Of a DNA stretch of 64,000 bases, positions 24,950-37,665 are shown one piece after another. Within the stretch, counting starts at the first letter, position 1. Each line of letters starts with the position of its first letter. This stretch comes from Octopus sinensis. Lineage: Eukaryota. Location of the stretch: positions 20,336,001-20,400,000 of the forward strand of contig NC_042999.1 in assembly GCF_006345805.1 (NCBI RefSeq), given 5' to 3'. The notes under the pieces are model-generated. The model saw nothing but the letters and a program-made list of their open reading frames with translations, was not told where the DNA came from and ran no database searches. The position numbers and the translations under genes are program-made.

Positions 24950-25475
24950 ATTTCTACTCTAGGCACAAGGCCCGGAATTTTGGGGGAGGGGACCAGTCGA
25001 TTAGATCGACCCCAGTACACAACTGGTACTTAATTTATCGACCCCGAAAGGATTGAAGGCAAAGTCGACCTCGGAAGAATTTGAACTCAGAACATAAAGA
25101 CAGAGGAAATACTAATTTCTATTTCTTTACTACCTACAAGTGGCTAAACAGAGAGGACAAACAGGGACAGACAAACGAATTAAGTCGATTATATCGACCC
25201 CAGTGCGTAACTGGTACTTAATTTACAACAGACGAAATACCTATTTCTTTACTACCCATAAGGGGCTAAACACAGAGAGGACAAACAAGGACAGACTAAA
25301 GGATTAAGTCGATTATATCGACCCCAGTGCGTAACTGGTACTTATTTAATCGACCCCAAAAGGATGAAAGGCAAAGTCGACCTCAGCGGAATTTGAACTC
25401 AGAACGCAACGGCAGACGAAATACCGCTAAGCATTTCGCGCAACGTGCTAACGATTCTGTCAGGCTCACCGCAGA
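24950..25475 (-). mobile_element. SINE family B multimer
   Basis: Repeated tail-plus-core blocks. Confidence 0.85.
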
Positions 25476-25694
25476 ATTTATTGATCAGTAACGAATGAAT
25501 CAATTAGAAATGAAACTACTTGTACTATATTTTATTGACACCGGCAAGATAGTTGAAGTTGACCTCGTACGATTTAAACTCAAAATATAAAGGGCCGGAA
25601 CGAGTAAAGTGGTGCAGATGGTTCCATGTCTAATAATACAGCCATAGTCGCAGTCGACATCTATGCACAATAAATGACAGACGTAAATAGTGCC

Positions 25695-26060
25695 AGATGT
25701 AGCTCGGTGATAAGAAGCTTGCTTCCCAACAACATGGTTCCGTGTTCCATCCCACCTTGGGCAAGTATCTTCTACTTATAGCCTCGAGCTAACAAAAGCC
25801 TTTTCAATGCATTTGAAAAACAAAAACTGAAAGAAGCCAGTCGTATATATATATGTGTGTGTATGTGTGTGTCTGTGTGTGCGTGCGTGTGTGCGTGTGA
25901 CAACCGGTATTGATAAGTTTACGTCCTCGTAACTGAGTCGTTCGGCAAAGACACCGATAGAATAAGTACTAGGCTTAAGAAATAAGTCCTGAGGCAGATT
26001 TGTTCGACTAAAATCCTCTAAGGCGGTGTTCCAGAATGGCCACAGTGAAGCGACTGGAGC
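25695..26060 (+). mobile_element. SINE family A, diverged
   Basis: Body motifs ccttgggcaag and gaataagtactaggctt. Confidence 0.7.
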
Positions 26061-26077
26061 AAATATATATATATATA

Positions 26078-26880
26078 TAGGGAGAATTCACAAAAAAACA
26101 AAAGACGAAGACAGGTGATGTAGACAACAAACAGGTATTAGTATAACGCTCGGGAAGTGAAAAAGAGTTTAACGTTTCGAGCTTACGCTCTTCTATAGAG
26201 AGGAACACAGAAAGAAATAAAGAGAGAAAATAAAGAATGTGTAGTGGCTAGCGATCTATCATGGCGAATTCCGGACAGAGGGGTTACACAGGAGAGCTAG
26301 GGAGAAGGAGAGATAATAAAGTACTGGTGATCCCAAAACAAATGTGCTCGTGCGTGTGTATAAGAGAGTTTGTATGTGCGTGTGGAAGAGGGCTGGCGAT
26401 CTTGACGTACGCGTGTGTGTATGTGTAGGTGTGAAAATATGGTTCTGGGAAGTGGTCAGTGCTGTGTGCGTGGTGGTATGTTGTAACGTGATGTATTGTG
26501 TGTTATGGTGGTGTAAGGTGTAGTGGTGTGTGGTGTGGTGTGATGGTGTTGGGAGATGGAGGATGTGATGGTGGGGAAAGCAAGAGTGAGGTGTAGGTTA
26601 GGCTGAGGGTGAGGGTAGAGGTGGGGGTATGTGGGTAGGCGGTGAGTAGGGATATGTGGGAGTGGGTGTAAGGGACGGGTTGGGGGATGGGGAGGGATAG
26701 GGAAGGTGTGGGTGGAATGTGTAGGGTGGAGTGGGCTTCCGAGGGAGGGGAGAGGATGAAGGGGGAAGGAGAACGTGGGTAGGAGTGAAGAGAAGAGAGA
26801 AAGAGAGTAGGAGTGATGGGAAGTAGGAGTCGGAGCAAAAGAGGAAAGGTGTGTGGGTAGGAAGAAGTAGGTGTGATATA
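26078..26880 (-). mobile_element. PLE-like 3' end abutting (TA)n, with HHR relic at 26165-26203
   Basis: Minus strand: CUAUAGA-A-GAGC guaa GCUC-GAAACGUU; core has two substitutions and helix I does not pair. Confidence 0.5.
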
Positions 26881-26887
26881 TATATAT

Positions 26888-27280
26888 AGCAAATAAAAGA
26901 CGGAAGATGGAAGATACGAGAATTTTTTTTATTAATCACGACAGTTGTTTCGACACATCTAGCATCGATTCCTCACGGGTGGGACACTCAACAACTGATT
27001 CAGGAGCATCCGGTGGTGCAGATGCATCTCGCCGGGTGATAAATAAATACAACTCGTTAAAATTACTGTTCCGCAATGTAACCTTCCGTTTTGCAGAGAG
27101 AAATGCAGCCAGACGGAGGAAATATCTTCATTTCTACAAAATATATCAAAAATAAAATGACAAAAAGACATTGCAGTAACTGATTTGGGGGCAGGGGAAA
27201 CAGTAATCCGTTTCTCGTCTTGCCATCTATGGTTTTATTTTTTATCTTTTGTATAAAACAAATAAATAGTATTACGGAGA
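26888..27280 (-). mobile_element. Second PLE-like 3' end abutting (TA)n, with HHR relic at 26934-26983
   Basis: Minus strand: C(G)UGAGGA...GAAAC aacu GUC|GUG. Confidence 0.45.
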
Positions 27281-27412
27281 TGTACTCGCATAGCAAGTAA
27301 TTTGAGCTGAGATCGTGTGCTGAAACGAAAACAATTGCAGCGTGGAAGGTGTTTATAAGCCATTTAAGAAACACACAAAAGCCGTTCGATTCACTTCAAC
27401 ATTTAAGTTTAA

Positions 27413-27462
27413 TTTGTCAAAATATTTTCGTCGCTAAAATCCGCGACCTGCTCACTGACAAA
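27413..27462 (-). ncRNA. Type I hammerhead with a G3-C8 compensatory core variant, inside a ~195-bp element (27282-27476)
   Basis: UUUGUCA-GUGAGCA-G-GUCGC ggauuuua GCGAC-GAA-AAUAUU-U|UGACAAA; 7-bp helix I, 5-bp stem II, palindromic helix III. Confidence 0.8.
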
Positions 27463-27680
27463 GTCCGTGCTGAGTATTTTCCTAAGCAATAGACCCATTT
27501 ATTTCGGTTAGTTACTTATTCACGAATATACCCACAGTAACGCCGCTGAGGGTAATGTTCTCTGCGAATACACAAAAGTGTTTTCAGAGTTAATTATTTT
27601 GAATTGTTATTATTTCATATCTGATTAGCCTGTTATTACATAACATTCTTCCCGATTTTATTATACACAACTTATTAGTA

Positions 27681-28951
27681 TTGTGTTGTCCCTAAAGTTC
27701 GTGTCGAGTTTTAAAAGAAAGAAAAAGGCCAATAAATACAATAAATACTTGCCATTACATTTTTAATCAACCAAATATGAACCATTTTGTTGCACAATGC
27801 GTCTCCTTCTTTACTTTAACTTGAAAATACCCTCTTCCTAGAATTGAGGTGGTTTCATGGCAAAGAATTCATCAAGGAATCTTTTTATATCATCCAAGGA
27901 ATTTAAATTTTTACCATTAAGACTATTCTGCAAAGACCTGGATAAGTAGAAATCCGAAGGAGCAATATCTGGTGAATATGGAGGGTGGAGTAACACATCT
28001 CAGCCGAGCTGCAACAATTTCTGTCTGGTTTCCTAAGAAATGTGCGGTCTTTCATTGGAAAACAACGCCCTACCTGTTGGCCAATTTTGGATGTTTCCTT
28101 TGAATTGCTGCTTTTAACTCATCCAGTTGTGTGCAGTATTTCTCAATATTGCCTGGTTTCTTGAGAGAAGCTCATAATACAGAATTCCTTTCCAATCCTA
28201 CCGGGCACAAAGCAAGACTTTTTTAGGGTGAAGACCCGCTTTTGGGGTGGCTAAGGGTGGCTTATGTCTCTTACTCCGGGATCGCTTTCTCTAAACATTT
28301 TGGTAGATAATCCATTTCTCACCACCTGTCACAATTTGCTTTAAAAAGACGCGCTTTCGTTCCGTTTATAAAGCGAATCACAGATGGAAATGCGATCCAA
28401 AAGGTTCTCACTCAACTCATGTGGTACCCAAACATCGTAGCGATTTGTGTGCCCAAGCTTTATCTGGTGCTCATGAACGATGGATTTTGATAGGTTGAGG
28501 CTTTCTGCCAATTTTCGGATTGTGCAATGTGGGTTATTCTCAATTAATGACTTGATTTGGTCATCATCTGTAGTGGATGATCTGTCTGATCGCTCTTTAT
28601 CAACAAGGCTACAGTTTCCAGCTCGGAACCTTGCGAACCACTTCCGTACAGTTCTTTCAGATAAAGAAACATCACCGTAAACTGCACATATTTCTTTACC
28701 TACTTGTTTTTCCTTTTACAGAAAAAGAAAAAGCATCAAGTGCCGAAAATAAACTTTCTTATCTTCCATTTTAAAGGGTAACATAATTAACACAGGTTAT
28801 AGGAACATAAACCTTCATCCACGAAAAGATAGTTTCAACTGTGCTCTAAATGGAGGTGTAGTCAATGCCCATTTTATGGACTCAACCATGTTCTAAAATA
28901 AGTCGAAATGTAAGCTACTATAAATCGACACGAACTTTCCGGGCAACCCAA
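27681..28951 (-). mobile_element. Near full-length mariner element (1271 bp) with a disrupted transposase (about 28769 to 27763)
   Basis: TIRs ttgtgttgtccctaaagttcgtgtcga / ttgggttgcccggaaagttcgtgtcga, TA flanks; WVPHELSE and YSPDIAPSDF motifs; in-frame stops. Confidence 0.92.
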
Positions 28952-30133
28952 TATTTTCTCCTAAGTTCTGTATACTCTGGGAACATATGAAAGCCATGTT
29001 CGGGGCTGATTTGTTTGAATTCTTACTATCGAGTAATTAATTTCATGCTAATACATAATACATAAATGACTTCACAATTTGGGTATTCATAACTTACTGG
29101 GAATTTCTAAAAATAAGACCCTGTGTAAGGCAGTTCGGTAGTCTCAATAAATGCACAGAAACCGTTTTAAGGGCTGCTGACTTTATATTGTTGTTACTAG
29201 ATTAGCGAAACAATTATGAGAACGGAACCAAGCGCTAAGCTCCGCTTTCCCGGTAATTACATGGTACGTCAGCTAGTATATATATATATATTTGTGTGTG
29301 TGTGTGTATGTGTCTGTGTCTGTCTGTGTCTGTGTTGTTGTTAAGCTACAAGACGAGTAAGGGTAATTAGGTGATGGTCTAGGGCTTAGGGGTGAGAGAC
29401 CATAGACCTTGGAAAAAAAACTTTGGTCGTCTTGTTGTAGTCGAGGGCTCTTCGTTGACGCCCGACACCACTGGGAGGCTACCCTCGAAGTCGCTGAAAA
29501 TGGGGATCTCCAGGTCCAAATTCTTGGACGGCTATGTCTGTGTGTGTGTGTGTATAATCGAAATTCCTGCCACCTTAATTGGGATGTTTTTATCATTTCC
29601 GTCTCAAAGTGGAGCTTATAACGTTCAATTAGAATTTCCATTTTACTTTTAGCATTTAATACGTACCGTAACCCATTTTCATATTAACGATTGAAACGAG
29701 CATAAGTGTAGGAGGATCTAAGAAAGCATCTTCGGGGCTGATAATGAAAAAAAAAAAACCAAAATCAAAGCATGCTTTATTACATATTGTTTTGCTGGTA
29801 ACATGAAGGGAATCAAACGGTTATAAAGTATGCAAAAAAGGAAATAAACAGATGACTGTAACCACATGAAATATTGCAACTAAAATGTTGTCTGTTTGAT
29901 ATATGGAAGTCTTCTGTACTTCATACTTAATAACCTATGCCCGGAAGTAGAAATTGATATAAAATTGATGATGATGATGACTGCAACAAGCATGACATTT
30001 TGCTTTGATATTTACATGTGTGTAAGGTTATATTATGTTTATATCTATCTATCTATCTGTATATCTATCTATGTAGCTATCTTTCTGTCTGTCTGTTTGT
30101 TTGTCTATCTGTCTATTTATATCTATCTATCAA

Positions 30134-30335
<202 letters not shown>

Positions 30336-30829
30336 GTTTACTGTTCCATTGAGGTAAGATCAACGAAAATAGCACTCCATCCAGTGAGAGATAAACATAA
30401 TTTAATGTGCATAGTATAAAGATAAGAGCAAGTAATAGTTCTTTGCTGTAAAGACGTGTAACTATAGAGGTTTCTATAAAGTGTCTTGTGGCTCCAAGTA
30501 ATTTCCAGACTCTGAACACATGGTCTGATCTATTTCAAAATCAGGAGGATGGTGCATGACAGACCACAAGAAACAAAATAGAAGAAAACGAGAATCTGAA
30601 TCTAAAGTTCTCTCCCTTGATTGTAGAAGCCATAATTAAACTAATTACTGTAGAATAATTCAGCAAAGAGGGGTGTAAAGTCTGCATGACAAGTGCTCAA
30701 TCTGGAAAGGATGGTGTCCTCCAGTTCGCCGAAAGAAGTTTGCTGAACATTTCTGATCTGCAATTTAGTAGTGCGTTGAAAGTCTGACAGTTGCATATCT
30801 CTTTGTGCTCAAACTTCCAACTGTTGCTT

Positions 30830-30872
<43 letters not shown>

Positions 30873-30873
<1 letters not shown>

Positions 30874-31239
30874 AACTCGGAGTTTTATCATGGCTACCGA
30901 ATAATTGTCACATATTACATTTATATATATATATATTGGGTATGGTAGATATGAGTTCAGCAAAAATTTAGATTCAGATGAATATGGTGCTTAAGTTGAG
31001 ACACCAGAATTTAGTACGGTATTATCCATACTATTTCAAAGTAAGGTGATTAAAATCAAAGGTATAATTATACTAATATGTCCATCTGTTCTAATTTAAT
31101 TAGATTCTATGTCTTTGTGCAGCTGAAGATCACTCTGCATTTTAAATTGATGTAATGATTGCATTGCTCAATTAAATGGAGTTGCATGAAACGACCGTAC
31201 TGCATTACCTCTAGATATCCTGGTTGCTTATTTTATATT

Positions 31240-31240
<1 letters not shown>
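30873..31240 (+). mobile_element. PLE-like terminal fragment between (TA)n tracts, carrying a hammerhead
   Basis: HHR at 31117-31205; lies immediately 5' of a PLE RT fragment. Confidence 0.6.
31117..31205 (+). ncRNA. Type I hammerhead with ~58-nt stem II; predicted GUA cleavage after 31199
   Basis: GUGCAG-CUGAAGA-[long stem]-GAAAC gacc GUA|CUGCAU; helix I 5 Watson-Crick pairs plus 1 GU; base of stem II imperfect. Confidence 0.8.
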
Positions 31241-31309
<69 letters not shown>

Positions 31310-31312
<3 letters not shown>

Positions 31313-32060
31313 CAACTTATAAATTTCAAAAATCTAGTCAACAACGTAAGCAATAATATTAACTTTACTATGGAATGCAGTAAAACCCAACTACCATTCC
31401 TGGGTATATTGATCATCGAAAGCGATAAAATCATTGAAAGAGATATTCACTACAAACAAACAGATTCTAAACAATATTTACTGTTCTCCTCATGCCATCC
31501 CAAACACACAAAGAATAATATCCCCTTCAATCTAGCAAGAAGAATCTGCACAATTGTCTCAAACCCTGAAACTCGCAATAAAAGACTCCAGGAACTAAAA
31601 CAAGTACTACTTAGAAAACAATATCCATTAACGTTAATAGACAACGGAAGAGAAAGTGCCAAAGCAATAAATATTGAAGAACTACGAAAAACGCTCCAGA
31701 TACACCCAATAATCTACCTTTTATTACAACACACAACCCATGAAACACAGAGGTTTACAATATCCACCAGAACACCCCATTGCTAACAGAAGACCCAGGA
31801 ATGAAGGACGCATTCGAAATGCACAAAATAATCAAAAGTAAAAGAGAGTCAAAGTCTCTCAAAAAATTCCTCAGAAGTGCTAAATTATCTTCCGCATTTT
31901 CTACACCAACAGTCAAAACATGTGGCCGTCCCAATTGCGGGACTGCATCAACCTTATTAAAGACACAACATACAAATTCAAATCAGGACAGACTTTTACC
32001 GTAAAAAAATCACTTTCAGGTTCTTCAAGGAACTTAATATACGCTATCAAGAAGCTCCAC
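31310..32060 (+). pseudogene. Penelope-like reverse transcriptase C-terminal/thumb and linker fragment, frameshifted and 5'-truncated
   Basis: FTME...LPFLGI...DIHYKQTDSKQYLLFSSCHPKHTKNNIPFNLARRICTIVS, then KCGRPNCG-like linker that precedes GIY-YIG in PLEs. Confidence 0.9.
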
Positions 32061-33649
32061 AGCTAACAGCCTAAATTTTAACCATTGGACTACATACAAA
32101 CCACTCCTGTCCACTCTTCCTCCAGACAGATTAAATTTGGACTATCTTGATTTTAACTAAACATGTTCCATCAACCGTGTCGGCCTTCTTTTTAGGCGCA
32201 AAATATACTGTCACGTGACACTAATGCATGGACGTAGCGGGAAACGAACAAAAGGTTATAAACTTAGTCATGCGTTCATTCTCTACAAATATTTGACAGA
32301 TAACATTCAGAGCAGTGATTGTTTGGACTTGCTCAGTCAAGCGTGTCAGCCTTAACTTACGACGCTAAACATTGTCATTTGGTACTAACACACGGACGTC
32401 GCGGGGAACTTACAAAAGTTTCTGCGACCAGTCATGTGACTATCCTCTACCAATCAAATCCTATTCAAACATACTAATTTGAGCCATGAACTCCCTATAA
32501 AAATAGGGTAAACTTCAAACACCAGTCAGGAGCAAGATAGCTGCAACATAAGCCACATCTTTCTATTCCATCTTTTTGTAAATCGGTGTAAATTGTGAAA
32601 ACGGTTAAAGCTTTAAATATTTTAACTATATTCATATATATATATTAGAAGAAATGAGGTACTCAGAAATCTGGATGGTTTTATATTTACAGATATTTAT
32701 TAGTATGTTACATGTTTTTATAAATCATATATCATATATTAGCGCTTTCGTTCACTCTGGTGGATATAGATGTATGTATGTATGTATGTATGTATGTATG
32801 TATGTATGTATTCACATGTACACACAAGCAACGAATTTCTCCAGTTTCCGTGTACCAATTACACTGAGAAGCTATTAACAGGCTCTGGACGATAGTAGAA
32901 AATACTTGCCGAAGGTGATGCGCACTTGGACCCAAAGCGAAACCACGAGATTGTAAAACGAGCTTATTAACTATACTGTCATGCCAGCGTCTCTACTGTA
33001 ACAACGTGGAATAAATGCCCCTGTTCATGGGTAACAAAGTACCACTCTGTCCTGGAGTAGAACCTGCGATCCAATGCCAATGAACAACCGTATGTAGATG
33101 AATAAGCACATACATGCACATACACACACAGACACACGCGCACATACACATAGGTATGTATGACAGGTGGTGTGAATAGTTATTTAAATTGATGAGTGAT
33201 ATGAATGAATAATGAGAACCGGACGAGAATGTTGTGTCTACGAGGAGTACACGTTGTAGAAGTGTGAGGAAAACTTGGAAAGAATTGGTGCGGTCACATG
33301 GCATGCTGCTAAACTTGTGAGAAGAGTTGAAAAGAAAAACAAAAATTAAATTAAGTAAGTGGTATATGATGTGTGGTACACGGTACTTCGAGATCAGACA
33401 TATTGGATTAACAGATCTAGACACACACTCACACATACATATTAATAATATATATATATAAAGATGTATATAGATATAGGTATAGACGCAGATATACACA
33501 TACACATATGCGTACACGCGCACACATACACACACACACTTACATACACTGCTTTTCTTTTGAGCGTCTTAAGAAACTGTAGTGGTAATATATGTCAGCC
33601 AAACGTAATTCGGTTATCAAAGCTATAATCTTAAGAAGCAGTAATCATG

Positions 33650-33681
<32 letters not shown>

Positions 33682-35074
33682 CTCTGTTTACCATCATTTA
33701 TCAGATACCATAAGAGACATGAATAATCAAATTTGGTCAAGAAGAATTTCATTGGTCAGAGAATTATTGCCTCTTTTTTGTGAGGGCTCAAATTAAATTC
33801 TCCTTAAAGGGGAAATGCTAGGTGAGTTGCTACATTACAAATGACCTTAAGTACACAGCGCAAAGTAATATAAATTCATTTATTGAAAATCATTTTGGGA
33901 TAAATATATTAATATCATATAAGTGTGTGTATGACTTCTATAGAAGTAGCTTCAGGTCTGAATTAAGTACGCACTTGAGTAGATTAATGTTTCTGCTGCC
34001 ACACGTTGCTTCATGTATCAAGCTCGTCAAATTTAATTCCTATGGTGATTATAACGGAGTATGCCTTGCTTTAGATACTATTTCAATTTTCTATGCGAAC
34101 AATTTGAAACTTTTGAAATAGTAGGTTAAAAACTTTGGATCGATAGTGGTTAGAACAGAACGATAGAAATTTTTCCTCAATAAATTTCTTTGTTTTTTTT
34201 TGTTTTGTTTTTGAAATAATTTCTATGATTTATATTTTTTTAAAATTCTTTTTAAATTCATAATTCTTTGTTAGCACAAATGGGTAGCTTTTATGTTTTA
34301 GTTCACTTTTTAAATTTTGCTGACATGAAAATTTTAGAGCAATTGCTTTTACAGTCGAATACCTTTACTCCTGTTAACAACTCTTGCATGAGGTACAAGT
34401 AGAATTTGTCTCTCGACTAGGGAAGCATGGTAATAATAATTTTTACCTTATGAACATCTAAAGAGGCTAATATTTGTATTCATTTGCTGCAAGCTAACAA
34501 TTGAAAAATAATCAATAAAATCTATTTTATTCTTTTTTTATATTCATTATTTAATAAATTTGTTTCCACGAATTGGAATTTTTAAAGTACTACTCTTTTT
34601 GTTTCTTTTTTTTTTTTTGGCTTTCTCGAAGCCTAGCAGCAGAATTATTCCCATTTGACAAAAAAGAAAAAAAAATATGAAAAATTATATAAAGAGAGAA
34701 ATAACAAGACAGAGAGGGGAAATAATGTAAGCAAAAAAGAAATAGAGTGGCAGGTAGGAAAAATAGAGAGTGGGAGGATTCATGTTCATACTTATTCCTC
34801 TGTCTGGTTTGGAAGCTGAATTGATGTTATTGCAGTTGTTGTTGTTGTTGATTAGCTTGAGGTCAGCTCTGCTGCACAGAGCTGTAATCAAAGGTATTCA
34901 AGCTATGACCATCCCATTTATATTTAAATCGAAATGTATGTAAGACTACATTATCGAATGTGTAGCTTTTCGTAACAAAGGCTTATAGTGTTATTTGAGG
35001 AAGTTCTCGTTGGTATTTCTAGCAGGCTGGACAACTGCATAAAGGTTACCTTGTTGATTCGTTAATTATACCTA

Positions 35075-35672
35075 TTGCTTTACTACCCACAAGGGGCTAA
35101 ACACAGGGAGGACAAACAAGGACAGACGCACGGATTAAGCCGATTACATCGACCCCAGTACGTAACTGGTACTTAATTTATCGACCCCGAAAGGATGAAA
35201 GGCAAAGTCGACCTCGGCGGAATTTGAACTCAAAACGTAAAGTCAGACAAAATACCTATTTCTTTACTACCCACAAGGGGTTAGACACAGAGGGGACAAA
35301 CAAGGACAGACAAAGGGATTAAGTCGATTACATCGACACCAGTGTGTAACTGGTACTTAATTTATCGACCCCGAAAGGATGAAAGGCAATGTCGACCCCG
35401 GCGGAATTTGAACTCAGAACGTAAAGTCAGACAAAATACCTATTTCTTTACTACCCACAAGGGGTTACACAGAGTGGGGACAAACAATGACAGAGAAAGG
35501 GATTAAGTCAATTACATCGACCACAGTGTGTAACTGGTACTTAATTTATCGACTCCGAAAGAATCAAAGGCAAAGTCGACCCCGGCGGAATTTGAACTCA
35601 GAACTTAACGGCAGACGAAATACGGCTAAGCATTTCGCCCGTCGTGCTAACATTTCTGCCAGCTCACCGCCT
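35075..35672 (-). mobile_element. SINE family B trimer with ~187-bp internal period
   Basis: ctacccacaagggg at about 35082, 35268 and 35451; a single head at the right end. Confidence 0.9.
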
Positions 35673-36739
35673 TCAATTCGTTAATTATATCTGTCGTATG
35701 AGTATGAGATGCATTTTTTAGGCTCATTATCTGAAATTTTAATTATACGTTTTCTAATAGTCTGCCAAATTTGAATTCGGTCAGAAGGTCTTCGCCGAAA
35801 AAGATAAAGAAACCTTGATATAAGATGAAAAATGGGTTTTCATATTATTGCTACTTCAAAATATTTGACCATATTATATTCTGCTATTTATTCATTTGAA
35901 ACTTATACGATTCATTTCAATCGTAACCAAGAGAATGACTCCACATGTCTAGAAATTAAAATAGTTGTTGAAGCGACGTTTATATTATTTCCGGTGTACA
36001 GGGGTATAATAATTATTTTGATAGGTAGATTACATTTGTATCAAAACCTTTGGACATTTCAACTGGATAAAACTAGATGAAAATATAAGATCTCTTCTTA
36101 AACTGTCCTCTTGGAATTATTTCGTGAACAGAAAGCAATCATGTTACAGCGAATTAGTGTTAGAGTGTCAAGCGGTTGAGTGAAGGAGGGTCAGATATAC
36201 GATAATGTTTTAAAATTCACCAGAATTACAAGTGGTTTGAGGATAGCAAGTTTGTGTCGCCTCAATGCCAAAGCAATGTAATGATTCTGTTAGTAATGCA
36301 ATGTAATCTTGTGATGGTTTATTTGGTCACAAAACAATTCCTTTCAGTTCAACAGCTTTGTTCTGAAGTGACAGGAAATCAATGATCAAGTTAGATGACT
36401 TGGTAGATAGTAGAATAGCTTCAAATCACAGAACGAAAACAATAAAATTCATACAGGTTTCTGTAGTAGAAAGTCCACGCAATCCCTTTTATGGCGGCAC
36501 TTGAAAAGTAAGCAGATGAAACAATACAATAAAAGCCCAGGAAACTGTTACTTTGTAATAATCTATCGATGTAATCTGCTATGGTCGGATCCTCACAGCA
36601 AATAATAGTTTATCTGCTCTTTCATTAAACTAAGATGTTCTTATAAATCACAAGAATTCTTCAAAGCTGATGATCATCAGTTTCTTATTTCTGATTAGAT
36701 AAGAAACGAAGGTGCAGATACTAACCCTAATTATGGGAA

Positions 36740-37102
36740 GCACTCCGTCGGTTACGACGATGAGGGTTCCGGTTGATCCGAATCAACGGAACAGCCTGCT
36801 CGTGAAATTAACGTGTAAGTGGCTGAGCACTCCACAGACACGTGCACCCTTAACGTAGTTCTCGGGGATATTCAGCGTGACACAGAGAGTGACAAGGCCG
36901 GCCCCTTGAAATACAGGTACAACAGAAACAGGAAGTAAGAGTGAGAGAAAGTTGTGGTGAAAGAGTACAGCAGGGATCACCACCATCCCCTGCCGCAGCC
37001 TCGTGGAGCTTTTAGCTGTTTTCGCTCAATAAACACTCACAACGCCCGGTCTGGGAATCGAAACCGCGATCGTATGACCGCGAGTCCGCTGCCCTAACCA
37101 CT
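36740..37102 (-). mobile_element. SINE family C
   Basis: Matches 12010-12372. Confidence 0.85.
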
Positions 37103-37326
37103 AATTATACGCAGATAGCGAATAGATATCTGTCCTAAAATAGGTTAATCGTGTATGGAATCGAACTCAGCATTGTAAATTGACGAGAGAGACCTAGTGG
37201 TTAGGGTTTTGAGCTCACAAGTGTACATAAGGACATATATTCGATACATGAAGCGGGTATTGTATTGTGTCATTGTGATTGAGCAGCCCTTTCTCCCTCC
37301 AGTTGTTACACGCTCGGTATTCGTGG

Positions 37327-37665
37327 AGACACATGGCCTAGTGGTTAGAGCAGCGGACTCACGGTCGAGGGATCGCGCGTTCGAATATCAGACCGGACGA
37401 TGTGTGTGTTTATGAGCGAAACACCTAGGCTCCACGCGGCTCCGGCAGAAGGTAATGGCGAACTCCGGCTGACTCTTTCCGCCACAACTTTCTCTCACAC
37501 TTTCCTCCTGCATCTTGCAGCTCACCTGCGACGGACTGGCATCTCGTCCAGGTGGGGAACCTATACGCCAAGGAAACCGGGGAACCAGCCATTATGAGCC
37601 AGGCATGGCTCGACAAGGAGCAAAACAAACAAAACGCTCGGTATTCCGTTAGATCGTGTGTATAA
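37327..37665 (+). mobile_element. SINE family C variant with a different 3' half
   Basis: tRNA-like head tggcctagtggttagagcagcggactc. Confidence 0.75.

Noticed and set aside
33704-34121. Strong donor ctag|gtgagt at 33821 and a downstream 99-aa ORF
   Set aside because: The upstream segment has stops in all frames and the ORF shows no recognisable homology
36666-36679. CTGATGA within the palindrome ctgatgatcatcag (also isolated CTGANGA at about 23771, 51347 and 62217)
   Set aside because: No correctly placed GAAA or supporting helices
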